Translations under genes and position numbers: made by a program
The notes under the pieces: generated by a model
Databases searched by the model: none
What the model saw: only the letters and a program-made list of their open reading frames with translations
Told to the model about the DNA's origin: nothing
Part shown: piece by piece, positions 25,963 to 38,240 of the stretch
How positions within the stretch are numbered: position 1 is the stretch's first letter
Layout: each line of letters starts with the position of its first letter
Origin: Octopus bimaculoides
Lineage: Eukaryota
DNA length: 64,000 nucleotides
Assembly (NCBI RefSeq): GCF_001194135.2
Contig: NC_068986.1
Location: 91,513,360 to 91,577,359, forward strand
Direction: 5' to 3'

Positions 25963-26430
25963 TCATCATCATCATCGTTTAATGTCCGCTTTCCATGCTA
26001 GCATGGGTTGGACGATTTGACTGAGGACTGGCAAGCCAGAAGGCTGCACCAGGCTCCAATCTGATCTGGCAGAGTTTCTACAGCTGGATGCTCTTCCTAA
26101 CGCCAACCACTCTGAGAGTGTAGTGGGTGCTTTTACATGCCACCAGCACGAAGGCCAGTCACACAGTACTGGCAACAGCCACGCTCAAAGGTGTTTTTTA
26201 CGTGCCAACTGCACAGGAGCCAATCCAGCGGCACTGGCAACGACCTCGCTCAAATGATTTTCTAACGTGCCACCAGCACAAGTGCTAGAAGGCAATGCTG
26301 GTAACGATTACGCTCTAATGGTGCTATTTATGGGCCACTAGCACGGAAGCCAGACAGCTGCTCTGGCAATGAACACGCTCGACAATGCTGTTAGTGCTCC
26401 ACTGGCACGGTGACCAGTTATCGAGTATGA
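25963..26430 (-). mobile_element. RTE 3'-UTR fragment; other copies at about 11185-11450(-), 12912-13504(-), 15535-15793(+), 39828-40088(+), 50350-50481(+), 50626-50850(-), 51838-51910(-), 62300-62450(+)
   Basis: (CAT)n-CGTTTAATGTCCGCTTTCCATGCTAGCATGGGTTGGAC... core shared among copies, with internal ~60-70 bp GTGCC/GGCAC tandem units. Confidence 0.85.
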
Positions 26431-26656
26431 TTCAATAAGTTTATGTAGAACATAATTGTGCCTTGTCAAGGGCTAGCAACTGCCCTTTCTACTGCTAGTT
26501 TCTTAACTGTAATATAGAAGCAGATGCTTTTGACCCCACAATGCCAACTCACAAAAGATGAAGTTCAGTTTGAACTTATAGCCATATTATTAACCTTAAA
26601 AAATACTAAGAAATTGTATTTCCTGTTTTGTTTTGTTCTTTCATTATTAGGTGAAG

Positions 26657-26839
26657 ATGCGGCTTCAATGTGACATGGAAATCAGTAACCGGGTTTTACC
26701 ATCCCATAATTTGAAGAGCTCAGGACGTTGCAGCCGAGGCTATTTAAGTATTGGACAAAAGCCAGGCAGTACAAATAAGCAGAGGACTGTTTTTATCATG
26801 CTTTGTACTGCTAAAGATAAAACTGGGATCAAATATGTT
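26657..26839 (+). CDS. LRR1: LRR1 coding exon 1 (ATG at 26657; MRLQCDMEISNRVLPSHNLK...LCTAKDKTGIKYV), N-terminal PH-like domain
   Basis: Resembles the recalled human LRR1 N-terminus (MKLHCEVEVISRHLP...ISTLKDKRGTRYE). Polypyrimidine tract plus AG acceptor at 26649-26650; donor GTT|gtgagt at 26840; 183 nt, phase 0. Confidence 0.9.
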
Positions 26840-27171
26840 GTGAGTTGACCATCCTCTTTTGTTTAATGGATTTTAGCTTTGTAATATTTAAAAGAGAATT
26901 TATAGTGTCAATAAGTTGACTACTGTGAAGAGTGTAACTTCTGACAATTGTACTTAGCAGCAGGCTATGAACTCTCCTTCGGATTAATTGTTGCCATCAC
27001 TGGTTGTCACTAGTTACCTCAAATTCAAAGCTTCACTCTAAGTAGCATTTAGTTTAACCACTTAGCATTTAAACTGGTCATATACGGCCCAAATATTCTA
27101 CCTGTTTTATGCTCAAATTATTGAGATCTGGCCTCTTACACTACACTACAATGTCATTCTAAAAATAAACA

Positions 27172-27803
27172 AAAGCACGACCTTCGAACATTGGGCCTCA
27201 CCGAGGCAATGACTAGTGACCGAGACCTTTGGAGATATGCTGTGCTTGAGAAGACCTGACAAGCCAAGTGAGACCATAACCCATGGCCTATGCCAGTGGT
27301 GTATAACCAGCCCACTTATGAGTACCCTTCATTCATTGGACAATAAACTTTGCTTGCGAAGATCTGTTGAGGTAAGTGAAATCAAAATCAGTACCACCTG
27401 ATTGGCACTTATGCCAGTGGAACTTTAAAAGCACCATCCAAGCGTGATTGTTGCCAGGGCTGCTGACTGGCTCCCATGCCGGTGGCATGTAAAAAGCACC
27501 ATTTGAGCGTGATCATTGCCAGTGTCACCTTATTGATACATGTGCCAGTGGCACGTGAACAATAACATTCGAGCGTGGTCGTTGCCAGTACCACCTGACT
27601 GGCCCTCATGCCAGTGGCACGTAAATGCACCCACTACACTCTCAGAGTGGTTGGTATTAGGAAGAGCATCCAGCTGTAGAAACTTTGCCAGATCAGATTG
27701 GAGCCTGGTGCAGCCTTCTGGCTTGCCAGCCCTTAGTCAAACCGTCCAACCCATGCCAGTATCGAAAGCAGATATTCAACAATGATGATGATAATGATGA
27801 TGA
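27172..27803 (+). mobile_element. 5'-truncated RTE LINE (ORF end plus 3' UTR and (GAT)n tail) inserted in a piggyBac-like MITE
   Basis: Encodes KHDLRTLGLTEAMTSDRDLWRYAVLEKT, typical of an RTE ORF C-terminus, then continues into the repeat ending GCATGGAAAGCGGACGTTAAACGATGATG-like. Confidence 0.8.
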
Positions 27804-30711
27804 CATCATCAATATTTCAAAACTACAAGGTAATGCATGATTAATTCAAAACAATGGGAATAAATAAGCATCGCATTTGACAGAATAATCTGAAAGCTAA
27901 ATGGTTAATGTTTCCTGCTTTATCATTGTCATCACTTTCAATATTTTTATATTTATTTGTCCAACTTGACACAATTGAGAAGTCTGCTGATGCATTTGTC
28001 TTGGCACCTTCATCCTGTGATATCTTATCAGTAAAGACTCCATGTTTCCATGCTTGGGTGTTCTAGTATGGTATTGGTCTAAACTTAATCCAGATTCATT
28101 AGTCATGTCATTATCATTTTGCACCCAGTTGCATAGGGGTTGCTCACTCTTGTATGGCATAGTGCCATACTCTTAGTATGGCATAGTGCCACTTCCTTTT
28201 ATCTCCTTTCATTTCATCTATGAGTACTCAAGATCTAACCTCACTACAGTTTGTTATGTCTCCCTTTGCAATAGGTGCTCTTCACTCATTGACTTTTTCA
28301 CACAGCATCCACTTGTCCATTCACAACACATGTCCATCAACACAACTCATCTCTTGTACATATCATTTCTCTCAGTTCAGTTACGCTTTCTTTCACAAAG
28401 GTTAATATTACACACCTAACAGATTCATACTCAATTTGATGTTTCATCCATAACCCCCCAAAGTTCTCAGGTTTGCAACTGAAATAATTGGTCCTTCTCC
28501 CATACTTGGCTGGTACTTATTTCATTAACCACTTGATAGATGAAAGATAAATTTAATTTCAGTAATATTTAAACTCAGGATACCAAGGCATATAACTAAA
28601 TATTACAAAGCATTTAGTCTGTTGACACTGTACCACTTCTGCCATACTTCCCACCCCTATAGGCACTAAACAAGCACACACACACACATACACAAATATA
28701 CACACACATTGCCTGAGTAAATAGGATATTAAATAATTGGCTCAAGTGTCAGTGTTCAAACTTATCAAGTTTCATTGTCTCTTGGAGTATAATATTTAAT
28801 TTATGGGCCTTTGTTTACCAAAGTATCTAGGAAACTCATTTACAATAAGCTGGTGTCTCATCCAGAGGAGAGTAACCTTTCATTTGTTTTGCACTTTTAA
28901 TCTGAAAAAATTAAGTTCTAGTACTTAAGACCATTCTGAGGACTTAAAAAAGATTTCCCTTTTTTTTTTCAATTGAAATGATGCTTCTGGCTTTTATGAG
29001 AATTGGTAAATCAGGAAATTGTGACAACACACAAGCCATTCCCATTCAGACTCTCCCAAATCATTTGTCACTGCTCTTACCACTTTTATTACCCCNNNNN
29101 NNNNNCACACACTGCACCCTAGGCGTTGCACTATCCACTGTGGCCAGTCCTCAAGTTATTCCCTGAAATCACCTCCTCATTTGTATTTTTCTTGCATTCA
29201 TCAACTTGCAGTCATTTAAGATGTACATTAACCAAGTTGATATCACCTGCCTCAGACAGCTTGCAAAGGCTATGGTCACGACCCATTTCCCCTAATGAAA
29301 CCAATAAAAATAAACATAAATAAAAAAAAAATTGAAAGCCATTCTGATTAGAACCACTACTGCATTAGTAATAATGGAGAAGATTTAGGCATGAAATAAA
29401 CTATTTGTGTCAGCTACTATCTGTGAGGACATTGTGTCCTTCAAAAATTCCATGCTTTCTGGACTTTTCCAACATTACTCCTGCCATACTTATGCACCCT
29501 TTCATTTTCGTGACTCTTTCACTGTTCTCTTTTCTTTCTTGTGTCTTAATACTGTGTTCAATGCATTCGCTTTTGACTAACACTGCTCTTTTCTTACTGA
29601 ATTTATTGCTACTTTCTGTTTCCTTTTTTACCCTTTTCTGGCAAGTTGCATTGCACCTGAGCACTGTGTACAATAACCTCTTTATCATTATTTTGAACAT
29701 GTAAAATCTATATTTATTTTAGAAAAAGTAACTTAGGTGATATGAAACAGATGCAAATGGGAATTGAAATCAAGCTGCAGTCACTATACCATAACATTCA
29801 AGATAAAATTGGCAACAATACAACAGAAATGGATATTTTATTGACATAAGTGTCACACATATAGTTTAGTGATCTCAAATGATTCCCAGAGTAGAGGAAT
29901 TTTTGTTCTGTTTCCTAAATATTTAAAATTCTTGGTTTTCACTTATGGGATTATTTTTTTCATTGACTTAAAAATAAAAAAAAACTTTGTTATTGTTGTC
30001 ATCATAGCAAATCACACTATCATCTTAAAAATAAGAAGAGGAAGACATTAGATAATGCAATCTTAGACATACACTACAAAGCAGAAAAAGGAAAAAAAAT
30101 AAGAACTGTGGTCATGGCTGGATTGTTTTTGTCATAGCTCTGATTGGGACTGACTTGGGGCAAATCAACTAGCAGCCATGTTGTTGCAAAGGTGGTTGTA
30201 AAAGGGTTCATATCAATTTGTAAGTAGACTTCTGTAGAATAGATATCAACCTTGTTAACCTGGTGAAGATAACGGAGACTTGGTGAACAAGTCAACCAAT
30301 ATCTAATGGAAACTGTAAGATATATTGATTTACTCTGTGATAGCAATTCCATTAAACACTTTTTTTTTATCTTTATATTTTTGAGTAGCACTGTTTGTAG
30401 AAAAGATGTTTAAACTCTCTCTTTTTCTCTCTCTGTCTCTCTCTCTCTCTCTCTCTGCCTGTATCTCTCTTAATGTTTCTTTCTGCCTGTCTGTCTTTCT
30501 TTTTTCACCTCTTTTATTCACATTCTGTCTCTTCTCCCCCCCCCCCCACACACATTCTCTCTCTCTCTCTCTCTGTACTTGTATACTTTCTACCTTATTT
30601 TATGAATAGTTTGCTTCAGGGATTTTGTTTGTTTCTTTATTTATTTGTGGTAGGGGAATGTTAATCTTCAGACTTATTTCATAAATGTGATAATGTTTCG
30701 TTATGATACAG

Positions 30712-30810
30712 GTGAAAGACAATGTGGAGAAAGTGTTCTGTAATTTCATCAGTGAAGGTAAAACTACCATTAGGTTTAAAGAGCCTCAAGTGGATTTACA
30801 TATTAGCAAG
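30712..30810 (+). CDS. LRR1: LRR1 coding exon 2 (VKDNVEKVFCNFISEGKTTIRFKEPQVDLHISK); missed by the ORF track
   Basis: Matches recalled human LRENIEQFFTKFVDEGKATVRLKEPPVDICLSK. Splice sites acag|GTG and AAG|gtgagt; 99 nt, phase 0/0. Confidence 0.92.
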
Positions 30811-31654
30811 GTGAGTGTTTGTTGCATATTGGTGCTCTATTCAAAGCTATGAGATGTTTCNNNNNNNNNNNNNNNNNNNNNNNNNNNNNNNNNNNNNNNN
30901 NNNNNNNNNNNNNNNNNNNNNNNNNNNNNNNNNNNNNNNNNNNNNNNNNNNNNNNNNNNNNNNNNNNNNNNNNNNNNNNNNNNNNNNNNNNNNNNNNNNN
31001 NNNNNNNNNNNNNNNNNNNNNNNNNNNNNNNNNNNNNNNNNNNNNNNNNNNNNNNNNNNNNNNNNNNNNNNNNNNNNNNNNNNNNNNNNNNNNNNNNNNN
31101 NNNNNNNNNNNNNNNNNNNNNNNNNNNNNNNNNNNNNNNNNNNNNNNNNNNNNNNNNNNNNNNNNNNNNNNNNNNNNNNNNNNNNNNNNNNNNNNNNNNN
31201 NNNNNNNNNNNNNNNNNNNNNNNNNNNNNNNNNNNNNNNNNNNNNNNNNNNNNNNNNNNNNNNNNNNNNNNNNNNNNNNNNNNNNNNNNNNNNNNNNNNN
31301 NNNNNNNNNNNNNNNNNNNNNNNNNNNNNNNNNNNNNNNNNNNNNNNNNNNNNNNNNNNNNNNNNNNNNNNNNNNNNNNNNNNNNNNNNNNNNNNNNNNN
31401 NNNNNNNNNNNNNNNNNNNNNNNNNNNNNNNNNNNNNNNNNNNNNNNNNNNNNNNNNNNNNNNNNNNNNNNNNNNNNNNNNNNNNNNNNNNNNNNNNNNN
31501 NNNNNNNNNNNNNNNNNNNNNNNNNNNNNNNNNNNNNNNNNNNNNNNNNNNNNNNNNNNNNNNNNNNNNNNNNNNNNNNNNNNNNNNNNNNNNNNNNNNN
31601 NNNNNNNNNNNNNNNNNNNNNNNNNNNNNNNNNNNNNNNNNNNNNNNNNNNNNN

Positions 31655-31810
31655 CTCTCTCTCTTCTGCTCTCTCTCTCTCTCTTCTGCTCTCTCTCTCT
31701 CTCTTCTGCTCTCTCTCTCTCTCTCTTCTGCTCTCTCTCTCTCTCTCTCCTGCTCTCTCTCTCTCTCTCTTTTCTGCTTTCTCTCTCTCTCTTCTGCTCT
31801 CTCTCTCTCT
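31655..31810 (+). repeat. Compound (CT)n-TCTG minisatellite (unit ~18-22 bp) bordering an assembly gap
   Basis: Repeated ctctctctctcttctg units, about 7 visible. Confidence 0.9.
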
Positions 31811-32213
31811 GTATATATATATGTCTGTGTAATCATATTTGTCTTTATGTGTATGAGGAAAAAGAAACTGTTTGTGTCAATCATGTTCAATTACTAATGT
31901 TTCTTTGTCTCCCCCCCCTCTCTCTGCATGCATGAGCATCTGGTTATGTTTGTATCTGTAAAACCTCTTCTTCTCCTTATTTGTATGCATATATTTCTAC
32001 ATGAATGTGCATGCGAGTGTTTGCCTCCAACACCAAAACGTACTGTTGTCAAAGCAAGCTAAACATCCAGTCAGCCATGCCAAATCACCAGCGTCTCTAC
32101 AGCTGTGCCGAATTTTCTCCTTTCTAATCAGGTAGCAAGCAAGGTGAGTTATACTGAAACCTAGACATGAGTCACTGTTGCATATTGGTATTCTTTGTTC
32201 AGATATTCTACTA

Positions 32214-32817
32214 CAGTATTCCCTAGCCATATTGCGGGTTCACCTATTGCAGTTTATTATTTAAACTTACATTGATTCCTCCCTGGTGTGGTTTTGCATT
32301 TATAATAAAATAAATATATACAAATTATGAAAATGGTTTTAAAAAAATATACAGTACATAGGCATAGGAGTGGCTGTGTGATAAGTAGCTTGCTTACCAA
32401 CCACATGGTTCTGGGTTCAGTCCCACTGCGTGGCACCTTGGGCAAGTGTCTTCTACTATAGCCTCGGGCCGACCGAAGCCTTGTGAGTGGATTTGGTACA
32501 CAGAAACGGAAAGAAGCCCGTCATATATATGTATGTATGTGTGTGTTTGTCCCCCCAACATCGCTTGACAATCGATGCTGGTGTGTTTACGTCCCCGTAA
32601 CCTAGCGGTTCGGCAAAAGAGACCGATAGAATAAGTTCCAGGCTTACAAAGAATAAGTCCTTGGGTTGATTTGCTCAACTAAAGGCGGTGCTCCAGCATG
32701 GCCACAGTCAAATGACTGAAACAAGTAAAAGAGTACAATACTGTTTTTACTTCATGGATTTTCACCTATCGTGGGGAATTTTGGAATCTAACACTCATGA
32801 TAGTCGAGGGATAACTG
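32214..32817. mobile_element. Tigger/pogo-like MITE (TA TSD) carrying a nested SINE
   Basis: TA|CAGTATTCCCT... and ...AGGGATAACTG|TA degenerate TIRs; the SINE at 32360-32733 interrupts it. Confidence 0.6.
32360..32733 (+). mobile_element. tRNA-derived SINE family A; copies at 4324-4735(-), 12691-13660(-, nested RTE), 24411-25164(-, spans gap), 49529-49926(-), 51693-52113(+), plus degenerate copies near 1-150, 16880-17030, 22325-22480, 52340-52460, 60640-60850
   Basis: A box TGGCTGTGTG(G/A)T, B box GGTTCAGTCCC, CCTTGGGCAAGT core, central (TA)n/(TG)n, tail AAACAAGTAAAAGAG; high identity between copies. Confidence 0.9.
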
Positions 32818-33849
32818 TATAACATTAATACAAGAAGGTGCTATTTATCGTTGCAGTTAATGCAGAATTCCATTTATGTGGTTTCTATTTTGTAACCATA
32901 TCCTCATTATAAAATGTTGATGCTTAATGGGCAAGACTCAACCATACAGCAGTGAACTGCTTTCAGGCTGGAGTCATTGATTGTTGCATAATTTTTAGGG
33001 TTCAGTTTTTGAAGGCTTGAATACTCACCTCACCTTTCATTGAATCTTTCCTCCACAACCATCCCGGCTTCTTTTTGTTGTTCTCATCTCCATTCTAGTG
33101 CAAGTTTTCATTGACCCACACCCCTGTACCATGACCTTACCCTTACAGTTAATTTTTATATAGTTTTAATTCTCTTATCATTATGCAACTGGTACCATCC
33201 TGCCTACCCTTATAGTTTACCCCCTGTTTATACATCCATTGATTATACTGCTACCTCGTCAATGTCATCTAATTCAATATATGCTTCCACAAATTTTGAT
33301 CTCACTTCCATCCCCTTTGAGGCTAAACTCTATTGCCAGAACATTGACCAACTTTTAATTATTATCTGCCTGAATTTCTCTGCATATCTACCTGCCCCCC
33401 TCTCTCCCCCTATTACACCATACCCTTATAGTCCTCTTCCTTCACTCTCCACAACCAGCTCCAGCAACTCTAGCAGGTTCCATTCATAGCTTTTCTTAAT
33501 TAGCATCCTTACACAGGTAACTTGACTTGCCATTCATTCTTTAACAAATTCTTCACTCCTCATGGTAGCTGGATCCATCAATTTTCTATGACCGGATTAC
33601 ATAGACTCTCATCAATTTCCTCAGATTCCAAAATTTTCCAGTGGTATAAGCATTATGCGCAGTACACATTCTTCAAATATCATTTATACTTTATTTTTTT
33701 ACCTAAACTAAAAAAGGAAACCTGAACCTTCTAGTTCGCCTAAAATGACCATGTCTTCTTCATGAATGATTGTTGGTGGAAACACAAATGTTTACAAGGC
33801 ATTGGACCAAAGTATTCTGTCATCTGGTTTACAAACGACTAGTTAATGA

Positions 33850-35170
33850 TTAGTTACACTGATTGAACTGGAATGTTTACTATCAATATGAATTAAAGAC
33901 TAACCAGAAATGCATAAACGTATGTTAAAATGCATTTAAACAAAAGTATTGAGCCTGTTTGAAAAAGTAAACAGACAATGGAAATAAATCGGATACTCCA
34001 TTGAGTAGAGTGGGTCTTGTTTTGCAGTTACTAGGTAACCTCACTAGTGCTGGTCCCATGAAAAAAAGCACTCAATACATTCTCTAAACTGTTTATCGTT
34101 AAGGAGGTATCCAGCTGTAGAAATCATGCCAAAGCAGACATTGAAACCTTGTGCAGTCCTCTGGTTCATCAGCTCTTGTCAAACCATCCAACTAATGCTA
34201 GTATGAAAAATAGATGTTAAATGGTTATGACGGCTCACTTTTACTGTAAGCACTGGCTGGTTTGATAATTTCAAAAAATAAACAAGTCTTCATAATGTTA
34301 GTGTAGTCAGTGAAAGTGCAAATGCTGATCAATTAAGCAATGCTCATCAACAGCTCTAGCACACGATTTATGTGAGAATGTTTAAATCATATTTTCTGCC
34401 ACCCAATGCAATGACACTGGTACAGCGCATGAACAAAGTTCTAATTTCTTCATTTAAGCTTTATTTTATTTAGGGTAGTGGATTAGTAGAATTAGTAGAG
34501 CTTTGAGGAAAATACCTTGCAGCATTCATTCTACCTCTTTGAGTCAAAATACCACCAAAGCCAACTTAGATTTTTCACCCACCCCCCCTAGGGTTGCTAA
34601 AATGAAGTACCAGTCAAATACTGTGGTCAGTATAATTGATTGTTCTCTTACCATCAAATTTCAAGGCTTGTGCCTATGTTAGAAACACTTATGAAAGCCT
34701 TTATCCATGACAGTTGAGAAAATTTATCCATGACAATAACTGGATTTTGGAGAAGTTTTAATATAAAATAATCACTAACAAACATTGTTCATGCATGGGA
34801 TGAAGTTACTACAAAGAACAATGTGATTTGTATGCATAAGAAATTATTCCACATTTTATTAATGATTTTACAGGCTTTGAGATTGAATTCGTTCAATAAA
34901 TTATAGAATTTGGATTACAGCTTGGATTTGAAGAGATTAACAAAGAATCTATTAAAGAATTGCTGCCATCTCATGATGATGAAGATTTTATTGAGATGGA
35001 GCAATAATATGCTTTTCAATAGCCAGATACTGAAGGGGAATCTACACCAACAAAGGAGTTCATGATGAAAATATTTTTTCATGATTGTGAAAATGTAAAA
35101 CAGATTAACAGGTTGATATCCTGATAATCATCATGCAATAAAAGTTTGTCAAGATATAAACAACTATATA
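33850..35170 (+). mobile_element. Decayed Tigger/pogo transposase fossil with nested insertions
   Basis: Fragments read ELECLLSI*IKD (CENP-B HTH), FTVSTGWFDNFKK*TSLHNV...ESANAD, NV*IIFLPPN, FWRSFNIK...IVHAWDEVT, and EFGLQLGFEEINKESIKELL, in the order expected for TIGD/pogo. Interrupted by retroelement fragments at about 34030-34230 and 34480-34690. Confidence 0.75.
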
Positions 35171-35181
35171 TTACTATAAAC

Positions 35182-35940
35182 AAATCTGCATCATCATTTA
35201 ACATCTGTTTTCCATGCTGATATGAGTTGGACAGCTTTACAGGAACTGGTAAGGCCAGGGGGCCACACTAGGTTCCATAGTTTATTTTGGCTTGGTTTCT
35301 CTGGCTTGATACCCTTCCTAATGCCAACCACTTTACAGAGTGTACTGGGTGCTTTTTATGTGGCACTATCACCAGCACCAGTGCTTTTTATGTGCCATCA
35401 GCATCCACACCAATGTTGTTTGTGTGACTCCTTGGTTTTAGGGCCTCAGTTCTGTTGTGGTGGGTGGGTCTTCTCGAGTACAGCAGTGCACCACATATCT
35501 TGGTCCTCTGTCATCTTCATAAGGCTCAGTGTTTTGAGATCAGCCTTCAATACCTCATGTCTTCCTTGGTTTCTCTCTTCTACAACTTCCCTCCACTTTA
35601 AGTGATCAACACTTCTTTATGCAGCTGTCTTCATCCATCTGCATCACATAACCAAACCAGCAGTCTCCTCTCTTGCACACTGCATATAATTTCTCTGACG
35701 CCCAACTTCTCTCTCAATACACCAGTGCTCTGTCATGCATGCACACTGACATTGCATATCCAGTAGACCAGAGCAGTTTTGTTCCTCTCCAGCCTTCACA
35801 TGTTCTCCAAATTCAGGGCCCACATCTCACTACCATGCAGCATCATACAATCTTCCCTTCACTTGGTGAGAGAGAGACCTTTGGTTGCCAAGAGAAGTAA
35901 AAACTCTCTGAACTTTCTTTGTTCTATTCTTATTCTAGCA
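35182..35940 (-). mobile_element. 5'-truncated RTE LINE
   Basis: Minus strand reads MLHGSEMWALN..RLERN..WICNVSVH...LREKLGVR...SVQERRL then (frameshifted) MDEDSCIKKC..KVEG; contiguous with the same 3' UTR/(GAT)n tail family. Confidence 0.8.
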
Positions 35941-36659
35941 ATTACACTTTCTGTACAACCTGCACCACTGCTAATTAGGTCACCTAGGTAGCAAAAATTC
36001 ATCTACAACTTCCAGAAAGCCACCGGGACATGTGTTGGAAGCAACAATAATTACAGGCATTTTAAATGAATGCTACTATGTCACAATATTTTACAGGCAT
36101 TGACCAACGTTACATGATATAGTTGTATTTTAGAGTGGTTTTGCACATCACAGCATTCTGTTTGCATCAGTTATCCCTGATGAATTGGGCCTCCCCCTAT
36201 TAAGAATCTGAAGCAGTACCTGAGTCATTCTCTTCTCTACTCTTTCTACTCCACCCACTTCCGTCTCTTATTCTTTCTTTATCTCTCTATCTTTCATGTG
36301 TTGATTATCTTTCCTCTTGATAAACGAATCTGAAGATTTTTGTTTCCTTTTATGTTTTGTATTTTTTAAAACCAACTTTGTCTTTCACCTTATCTCGGGC
36401 GATTAAATGTCAGGTGAGAATTATGAAATCACACCGATAATATTAATATTTCTGTTGTCTTCTTCCTTAACTTAGAAAGGTTAAGATGAAATTAAGTCTT
36501 CTGTACTTTATACATCATCGTCATATTACTTTTCCTATGCTGGTATGGAATGGAGAAGATTTTTGAGGTAACATTTTATGACTGGATGCCATTTTTTATT
36601 GTCACCCCTTTTAACTGATTCCCACTATTACCTAGGTGTCCTAATTAGCAATGGAGGAA

Positions 36660-37095
36660 GGTGTTAGCTAGAGTAAGTATAGAGTGCAGAAATTCAGGAA
36701 TCTGTTGCCTCCACTGGCCTGATATTGTATGGAATGCAAATTATTGTGTGAGAAAGCTGGAGAGAAATGTGCCAAGAAGTGTTCTGCTAGATATAAAATG
36801 CCTGAGTGAATGAATGCTAGAGGACAAATGAGCTGAGAGTTAAACAGGATATAAAAGGAATAAAGATGTAGCAAGCATGGCATGAGAAAAGACCACGTTG
36901 GTTGGCTGTGTGATGTGTATGGAGGAAGACAGTTGGGTAAAGAAATGGAAGAAACCTGCCGGAGAGGAAGACATGGGGACAAAGTGGTGAAAGCTAATCT
37001 CAGGAGGTGAACTCCATGAAAGAGATGACGAAAGACAATTTGAGTGGACAAGATATTGTCCTGAATTCATTGCAAACATGTATGATGATGATGAT
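36660..37095 (+). mobile_element. Old RTE RT C-terminal remnant; a similar minus-strand remnant lies at about 28000-28400
   Basis: Decayed equivalents of GIRCSVQERRLRWxGHV-MEEDSWVKK-GRGRP-DKVVKANLR-KEMTKD. Confidence 0.55.
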
Positions 37096-37525
37096 GTGTG
37101 TGTGTGTGAGAAATATAACAAATTTAGTTTCTCTCCCTCTCTTTCGCTGTCATTTTGTCTCTTATGCACACACACACACACACACACACATACACATTGG
37201 TCATATTTCTCAGACATAGTTGAGACTTGAAAAAAAATCTCTATTCTATTTAAAAGAAAACCAACTAATAGTTACAATAGAAACAATGATAATTGATGAT
37301 GATATCTTTATTAATTATAGTTAACATGATAGTGGTGGTGGTTGCTGCCACAACAACGACAATGATTTCTCCTATTAGTACAAGGTCAAGAAATATTTTT
37401 TTTACTGAACATGGGGCACTAACAATTAAATCAGATCTGGTACCACCCTTCTGACTTAGTTCATGCAATTGAAAAAAAAACACAGTATTTATGAGAGGAC
37501 CCAATATATATGTACACACATGAAA

Positions 37526-37568
<43 letters not shown>

Positions 37569-38200
37569 NNNNNNNNNNNNNNNNNNNNNNNNNNNNNNNN
37601 NNNNNNNNNNNNNNNNNNNNNNNNNNNNNNNNNNNNNNNNNNNNNNNNNNNNNNNNNNNNNNNNNNNNNNNNNNNNNNNNNNNNNNNNNNNNNNNNNNNN
37701 NNNNNNNNNNNNNNNNNNNNNNNNNNNNNNNNNNNNNNNNNNNNNNNNNNNNNNNNNNNNNNNNNNNNNNNNNNNNNNNNNNNNNNNNNNNNNNNNNNNN
37801 NNNNNNNNNNNNNNNNNNNNNNNNNNNNNNNNNNNNNNNNNNNNNNNNNNNNNNNNNNNNNNNNNNNNNNNNNNNNNNNNNNNNNNNNNNNNNNNNNNNN
37901 NNNNNNNNNNNNNNNNNNNNNNNNNNNNNNNNNNNNNNNNNNNNNNNNNNNNNNNNNNNNNNNNNNNNNNNNNNNNNNNNNNNNNNNNNNNNNNNNNNNN
38001 NNNNNNNNNNNNNNNNNNNNNNNNNNNNNNNNNNNNNNNNNNNNNNNNNNNNNNNNNNNNNNNNNNNNNNNNNNNNNNNNNNNNNNNNNNNNNNNNNNNN
38101 NNNNNNNNNNNNNNNNNNNNNNNNNNNNNNNNNNNNNAACACCAAATATACAGTGCGTGTGTTTTTATTGGCTAAACTGGCAATATGACCATCCCCAAGT

Positions 38201-38240
<40 letters not shown>

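Noticed and set aside
1-26000. A further protein-coding gene in the first 26 kb
   Set aside because: No ORF or exon chain with recognisable homology other than transposon fossils; small exons could still be missed without RNA data.
30861-38138. Possibility that gaps hide missing LRR1 coding exons
   Set aside because: The four visible exons splice in frame to 417 aa and align continuously with the recalled human protein across the junctions.
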